Source of the DNA: the human T2T-CHM13v2.0 reference genome, Homo sapiens
Reading direction: 5' to 3' (one strand)
DNA length: 64,000 nucleotides
Assembly (NCBI RefSeq): GCF_009914755.1
Contig: NC_060933.1
This document shows positions 57,551 through 64,000 of the stretch, in pieces. How positions within the stretch are numbered: position 1 is the first letter of the stretch; each line of letters opens with the position of its first letter. Below the pieces are notes generated by a model, which made no database searches, was not told where the DNA came from, and worked only from the letters and a program-made list of their open reading frames with translations. A program made the position numbers and the translations under genes.

Positions 57551-58600
57551 TCCATTCCATTCGGGTAGTTTCCATTCCATTCCATTCCATTCCTCTCCAT
57601 TCCATTGCACTCGGGTTGATTCCATTCCATTCCATTCCATTCCATTCCATTCGATTGCACTCCATTCCATTGCACTCGGGTTGATTCCATTCCATTCCAT
57701 TCCATTCCATTCCATTCCATTCCATTCCATTCCGGATGATTCCATTCCATTGCATTCCGTTCCATTACATTCCCCTGCACTCGGGTTGATTCCATTCCAT
57801 TCCATTCCATTCCATTCCATTCCAATTCTTTCCATTCCATTCTATTCCGTACCATTCCATTCCATTCCATACAATTCCATTCCATTCCATTCCATTCCAT
57901 TCCATTCCATTCCGTTCCGTTCCGTTCCGTTCCATTCCATTCCATTCCATTCTTTTCGGGTTAATTCCATGTCATTCCATTCCATTCCATTCTATTCCAT
58001 TCCATTGCAATCGAGTTGAATCCATTGCATTCCATTCCATTCCATTCCAGTCCATTCCTTTCCATTCCATTCCGGAAGATTCCATTCCATTGCATTCCAT
58101 TCCATTCCATTCCCCTGGACTCGCGTTTATTCCTTTAAATTCCATTCGATTCCATTCCATTCCATTCTGTTCCGTTCCATTCCATTGCATTCCATTCCAT
58201 TCCATTACGTTCTGTTCCGTTCCATTCCATTCCATTCCATTCTATTCGGGTTAATTCCATTCCATTCCATTCGATTGCAATCGAGTTGATTCCATTCCTT
58301 TCCATTCCATTCCATTCCATTCCATTCCTTTCCATTACATTACGGATGATTCCATTCCATTGCATTCCATTCCATTCCATTCCCCTGTACTCGGGTTGAT
58401 TTCATTCCATTCCATTCCATTCCATGCCATTCCAGTCGTGTTGATTCCATTCTTTCCATTCCATTCAAGTTGAATCGATTCCATTGCATTCCATTCCATT
58501 CGATTCCATTCGATTGCACTTGGGTTGATTCCATTACATTGCATTCCATTCCATTCCATTCCATTCCATTCCATTCCGTTCCATTCCATTCCATTACATT
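54320..58600 (+). repeat. Direct repeat with ~2.47 kb period (54320-56140 and 56810-58600)
   Basis: ORF offsets 2485 and 2465. Private variants GCACCCGGG, CGATTGCACTCC, CCCCTGGACTCGCGTTTATT (~55657, ~58112) and CAGTCGTG. Confidence 0.83.
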
Positions 58601-61569
58601 CGGATTGATTCTATTCAATTCCCTTACACTCCATTACATTCCATTCCATTCGGGTAGTTTCCATTCCATTCCTTTCCAATCCTCTCCATTCCATTGCACT
58701 CGGGTTGATTCCATTCCATTCCATTCCATTCCATTCCATTCCATTCCATTTCATTCCATTCCATTGTACTCGGGTTGATTCCATTCCATTGCATTCCATT
58801 CCATTCCATTCCATTCCATTCCGTTCCATTCCATTCCATTACATTCGGACTGATTCTTTTCAACTCCCTTACTCTCTATTACATTCCTTTCCATTCGGGT
58901 TGTTCCTTTCCATTCCATTCCATTCCACTCCATTCCATTGCACTGGGGTTGATTCCATTCCATTCCATTCCATTCCATTCCGGATGATTCCATTCCATTG
59001 CATTCCGTTCCTTTACATTCCCCTGCACTCGGGTTGATTCCATTCCATTCCATTCCATTCCATTCGATTCCATTCCATGCCCCTGCACTCGCGTTGATTC
59101 CATTCCATTCCATTCCATTCCATTCCATTCCATTCCATTCCATTCCATTGCTTTCCGTTCCATTCCATTCCATTCCATTCCATTCCGTTCCGTTTAATTC
59201 CATTCCATTCCATTCTATTCGGGTTAATTCCATTCCATTCCATTCGATTGCAATCGAGTTGATTCCATTCCATTCCATTCCATTCCATTCCATTCCATTC
59301 CATTCCTTTCCATTAAATTACGGATGATTCCATTCCATTGCATTCCATTCCATTCCATTCCCCTGTACTCGGGTTGATTCCATTCTATTCCATTCCAATC
59401 CATGCCATTCCACTCGTGTTGATTCCATTCTTTCCATTCCATTCAAGTTGAATCCGTTTCATTGCATTCCATTCCATTCGATTCCATTCGATTGCACTCG
59501 GGTTGATTGCATTCCATTGCATTCCATTCTATTCCATTCCATTCCATTCCTTTCCATTCCATCTCATTACATTCAGATTGATTCTATTCAATTCCCTTAC
59601 ACTCCATTATATTCCGATCCATTCTGGTTGTTTCCATTCCATTCCATTCTGTTTCACTCCATTCCATTGCACTCGGGTTAATTCCATTCCATTCCATTCC
59701 ATTCCATTCCGAATGATTCCATTCCATTGCATTCCATTCCATTCCATTCCCCTGCACTCGGGTTGATTCCATTCCATTCCATTACATTACATTCCGTTCC
59801 ATTCCATTCCATTAAATTCGGATTGATTCTATTCAATTCCCTTACACTTTATTACATTCCATTCCATTCGGGTAGTTTCCATTCCATTCCATTCCATTCT
59901 TCTCCATTCCATTGCACTCGGGTTGATTCCATTCCATTCCATTCCATTCCATTCCATTCCATTCCATTCCATTCCATTCCATTCCATTGTACTCGGGTTG
60001 ATTCCATTCCATTGCATTCCATTGCATTCCATTCCATTCCATTGCATTCCGTTCCATTCCATTCCATTACATTCGGATTGATTCTATTCAACTCCCTTAC
60101 TCTCCATTACATTCCAATCCATTCGGGTTGTTCCATTCCATTCCATTCCATTCCACTACATTCCATTGCACTCGGGTTGATTCCATTCCTTTCCATTCCA
60201 TTCCATTCCATTCCATTCCATTCCATTCCATTCCATTCCAATTCTTTCCATTCCATTCTATTCCGTACCATTCGATTCCATTCCATACAATTCCATTCCA
60301 TTCCATTCCATTCCATTCCATTCCATTCTATTCCGTTCCGTTCAGTTCCGTTCCATACCATTCCATTCCATTCTATTCGGGTTAATTCCATTCCATTCTA
60401 TTCCATTCCATTCCATTCTATTCCATTCCATTGCAATCGAGTTGAATCCATTGCATTCCATTCCATTCCATTCCATTCCAGAAGATTCCATTCCATTGCA
60501 TTCCATTCCATTCCATTCCCCTGCACTCGCGTTGATTCCATTCCATTCCATTCCATTCCGTTCCGTTCTGTTCCATTCCATTCCATTCCATTGCATTCCA
60601 TTCCATTCCATTCCGTTCGTTCCGTTCCGTTCCATTCCATTCCATTCTATTCGGGTTAATTCCATTCCATTCCATTCGATTGCAATCGAGTTGATTCCAT
60701 TCCATTCCATTCCATTACATTCCGTTCTATTCCATTCCATTACATTCTATTCGGGTTAATTCCATTCCATTCCATTCCACTCCATTCCAGTCCTTTCCAT
60801 TCCATTCCACTCGGGTTGATTCCATTCTATTCCTTTCCATTCCATTCCATTGCAATCGAGTTGATTCCATTCGAGTTGAATCCATTCCATTCCATTCCAT
60901 TCCATTCCTTTGCACACGGGTTCATTGCAATCCATTCCATTCCATTCCATTCCATTCCATTCCATTCCATTCCATTCCATTCCATTCCATTCCGTGCCAT
61001 TCCATTATGGTTGATTCCATTCCTTTCCATTCTATTCGGGTTGAACACATTCCATTCCATTCCATTGCATTCGAGTCCATTCCATTGCACTCGGGTTGAT
61101 TCCATTCCTTTTCACTCCATTCCATTGCACTCGGTTTGATTCCATTGCATTCCATTCCATTCCATTCCATTCCATTCCGGATGATTCCTTTCCATTGCAT
61201 TGCATTCCATTCCATTAGCCTGCACTCGGGTTGATTCCATTCCTTTCCATTCCATTCCATTCCATTCCATTCCATTCCATTCCATTGAAATCGAGTTGAT
61301 TCCATTCCATTCCATTCCATTCAATTCCATTCCATTCCAGTCCTTTCCATTCCTTTCCACTCGGGTTGATTCCATTCCATTGCATTCCATTCCATTCTAT
61401 TCCCCTGCACTCGGGTTGATCATTCCATTCCATTCCATTCCATTCCATTCCATTCCATTCCATTCCATATCATTCCATTCCATTCCATTCCATTCCATTC
61501 CATTCCATTCCATTCCATTCCGTTCCTTTCCATTCCATTCCATTCTATTCGAGTTAATTCCATTCCATT

Positions 61570-63280
61570 CCATTCCATTGCAATCGAGTTGATTCCATTC
61601 CTTTCCATTCCATTCCATTCCAGTCCAGTCCTTTCCATTCCATTCCACTCGGGTTGATTCCATTCTATTCATTTCCATTCCATTCCATTCCCTTGCATTC
61701 CACTCTGGTTGATTCCATTCCTTTCCATTCCACTCGAATAAATTCCCTTGTATTCCAGTCGGAATGATTCCATTCCTTTCCATTCTGTTCCACTCCATTC
61801 CATTCCATTCCATTCCATTCCATACCGTTCCATTCCATTCTGTTCCGTACCATTCCATTCCATTCCATTCCATTCCATTCCATTCCATTCCATGCCATTG
61901 CACTCGGGTTGATTCCATTCCGTTCCATTCCATTCGATTCCATTCCATACCATTTCATTCCATTCCATTCCGTTCCATTCCATTCCATTACACTCTGATT
62001 GATTGTTTTCAATTCCTTTACACTCCATTACTTTCCATTCCATTCGGGTAGTTTCCATTCCATTCCATTGCATTCCACTCGATTCCATTGCACACGAGTT
62101 GATTCCATTCCATTCCATTCCTTTGTATTCCATTCCACTTGCGTTGATTCCATTCCATTCCTTTCCATTCCATTCCATTCCCTTGCATTCCACTCGGGTT
62201 GATTCCATTCCTTTCTTCCACTCCATTACATTCCCTTCCATTCCACTCAGAATGATTGATTCCATTTCATTCCATTCCATTTCAATCCATTGCAATCCAT
62301 TCCAATCCATTCCATTCCATTCCATTCCACTCGAGTTGATTCCATTCCATTCCTTTCCATTCCATTCCATTCCATTCCTTTCCATTCCATTCCACTCGGG
62401 TTGATTCCATTCTATTCCTTTTCATTACAATCTATTCCCTTCCATTCCACTCTGGTTGTTTCCATTCCTTTCCATTCCACTCAAACACATTCCCTTCTAT
62501 TCCACTCGGAATGATTCCATTCCATTCCATTCGATTCCATTCCATTCCTTTCCACTCCATTCTATTTCGTTCCATTCAATTCTATTCCTTACCATTCCAT
62601 ACCATTTCATTCCATTCCATTCCATTCCATTCCATTCCATTCCATGCCATTCCAATCGGGTTGATTCCATTCCTTTCCATTCCATTCGTGTTGAATCCAT
62701 TTCATTCCATTCCATTCCATTCCGTTCCATTCCATTCCATTGCAAACGGGTTGACTCCATTCCATTCCATTGCATTCCAATTCATTCCGTTCCATTCCAT
62801 TCCATTCCGTTCCATTCCATTCCATTACATTAGGATTGATTCTATTCAATTCCCTTACACTCCATTATATTCCAATCCATTCTGGTTGTTTCCATTCCAT
62901 TCCATTCCATTTCACTCCATTCCATTTCACTCGGTTTGATTCCATTCCATTCCATTCCATTCCATTCCATTCCATTCCATTCCATTCCATTCCGTTCCGG
63001 ATGATTCCATTCCATTGCATTCCATTCCATTCCATTAGCCTGCACTCGGGTTGATTCCATTCCTTTCCATTCCATTCCATTCCGTTCCATTCCGTTCCAT
63101 TCCATTCTATTTGGGTTAATTCCATTCCATTCCATTGCCATCGAGTTGATTCCATTCCATTCCATTCCATTCAATTCCATTCCATTCCAGTCCTTTCCAT
63201 TCGTTTCCACTCGGGTTGATTCCATTCCATTGCATTCCATTCCATTCCTTTCCCCTGCACTCGGGTTGATTCCATTCCAT
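61570..63280 (+). repeat. Diverged single-unit copy of the 34.6-37.7 kb region
   Basis: Motifs occur in the same order: CTATTCATTTCC, CAGTCGGAATG, CACTCTGATTG, CTTTCTTCCAC, CTCAGAATGATTG, TAGGATTG, CATTAGCCTGCAC. Confidence 0.83.
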
Positions 63281-63329
63281 TCCATTCCATTCCATTCCAT
63301 TCCATTCTATTCCATTCCATATCTTACCA

Positions 63330-64000
63330 TTCCATTCTGTTCCGTTCCATTCCATTGCATTCCATTCCATTCCATTACTTTCTGTTCCGTTCCATTCCAT
63401 TCCATTCCATTCTATTCGGGTTAATTCCATTCCATTCCATTCGATTGCAATCGAGTTGATTCCATTCCTTTCCATTCCATTCCATTCCATTCCATTCCTT
63501 TCCATTACATTACGGTTGATTCCATTCCATTGCATTCCATTCCATTCCATTCCCCTGTACTCGGGTTGATTTCATTCCATTCCATTCCATTCCATGCCAT
63601 TCCAGTCGTTTTGATTCCATTCTTTCCATTCCATTCAAGTTGAATCCATTCCATTGCATTCCATTCCATTCGATTCCATTCGATTGCACTTGGGTTGATT
63701 CCATTACATTGCATTCCATTCCATTCCATTCCATTCCATTCCATTCCGTTCCATTCCATTCCATTACATTCGGATTGATTCTATTCAATTCCCTTACACT
63801 CCATTACATTCCATTCCATTCGGGTAGTTTCCTTTCCATTCCTTTCCATTCCTCTCCATTCCATTGCACTCGGGTTGATTCCATTCCATTCCATTCCATT
63901 CCATTCCATTCCATTCCATTCCATTCCATTCCATTCCATTGTACTCGGGTTGATTCCATTCCATTGCATTCCATTCCATTCCATTCCATTCCGTTCCATT
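63330..64000 (+). repeat. Copy of 58160-58830 (offset 5,170), truncated by the window end
   Basis: ORF pairs 58335/63505, 58340/63510 and 58611/63781. Shared GTTGATTTCATT and GCACTTGGGTTGATTCCATTACATT. Confidence 0.85.

Larger units (their letters stand above)
1..64000 (+). repeat. Human satellite III (HSat3) pericentromeric array, (CATTC)n/(GGAAT)n; probably HSat3B-like
   Basis: CATTC pentamers run from end to end in one orientation. The decamer ACTCGGGTTG (reverse complement CAACCCGAGT), the classical satellite III interspersed motif, recurs throughout. The CATTCGATTC/GATGATG-dominated pattern of HSat2 is absent. The B-like subfamily call is inference only. Confidence 0.97.

Noticed and set aside
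431-63820. CRISPR-like recurrence of the ~45 bp GGATTGATTCTATTCAA(C/T)TCCCTTAC motif
   Set aside because: The intervening sequences are hundreds of bp of the same satellite, not unique 30-40 bp spacers. There is no leader and no cas gene.
80-63999. Hundreds of ORFs (MEWNG- and HSIPF-repeat proteins) on both strands
   Set aside because: They are direct translations of a pentamer with no stop codon in any of six frames. They overlap in all frames, contain no domains, and their stops are not conserved between duplicated copies.
1-64000. HSat2 or Y-chromosomal DYZ1 assignment
   Set aside because: The window lacks the CATTCGATTC/GATGATG-dominated HSat2 pattern. I saw no regular ~3.5 kb period and no GGCC (HaeIII) sites, both expected for DYZ1.
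1-64000. Embedded Alu, L1 or other insertion, or a strand inversion
   Set aside because: No poly-A tail, unique sequence or switch to GGAAT on the + strand was seen. All deviations are short variants of the pentamer.

Overview
The whole 64 kb window is one uninterrupted array of human/hominid classical satellite III (HSat3). It consists of (CATTC)n on the + strand and (GGAAT)n on the - strand, interspersed with the diagnostic decamer ACTCGGGTTG and a limited set of diverged pentamer modules. I see no genes, RNA genes, transposons, CRISPR arrays, unique sequence or strand inversions. Every listed ORF is a by-product of a pentamer that has no stop codon in any frame (HSIPF / GMEWN repeats). The readable information is architectural: a ~1.2 kb ordered core cycle of modules with optional branch modules, overlaid by nested recent duplications (an ~8.2 kb block containing a ~2.77 kb tandem duplication, plus tandem duplications of 1,130 bp, ~1,060 bp, ~2.47 kb, 250 bp and 199 bp) and dispersed copies. 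I found no evidence of a novel gene-encoded system. Block boundaries were estimated by eye from rare variant motifs and ORF offsets and are approximate. Subfamily and chromosome cannot be assigned without a search.
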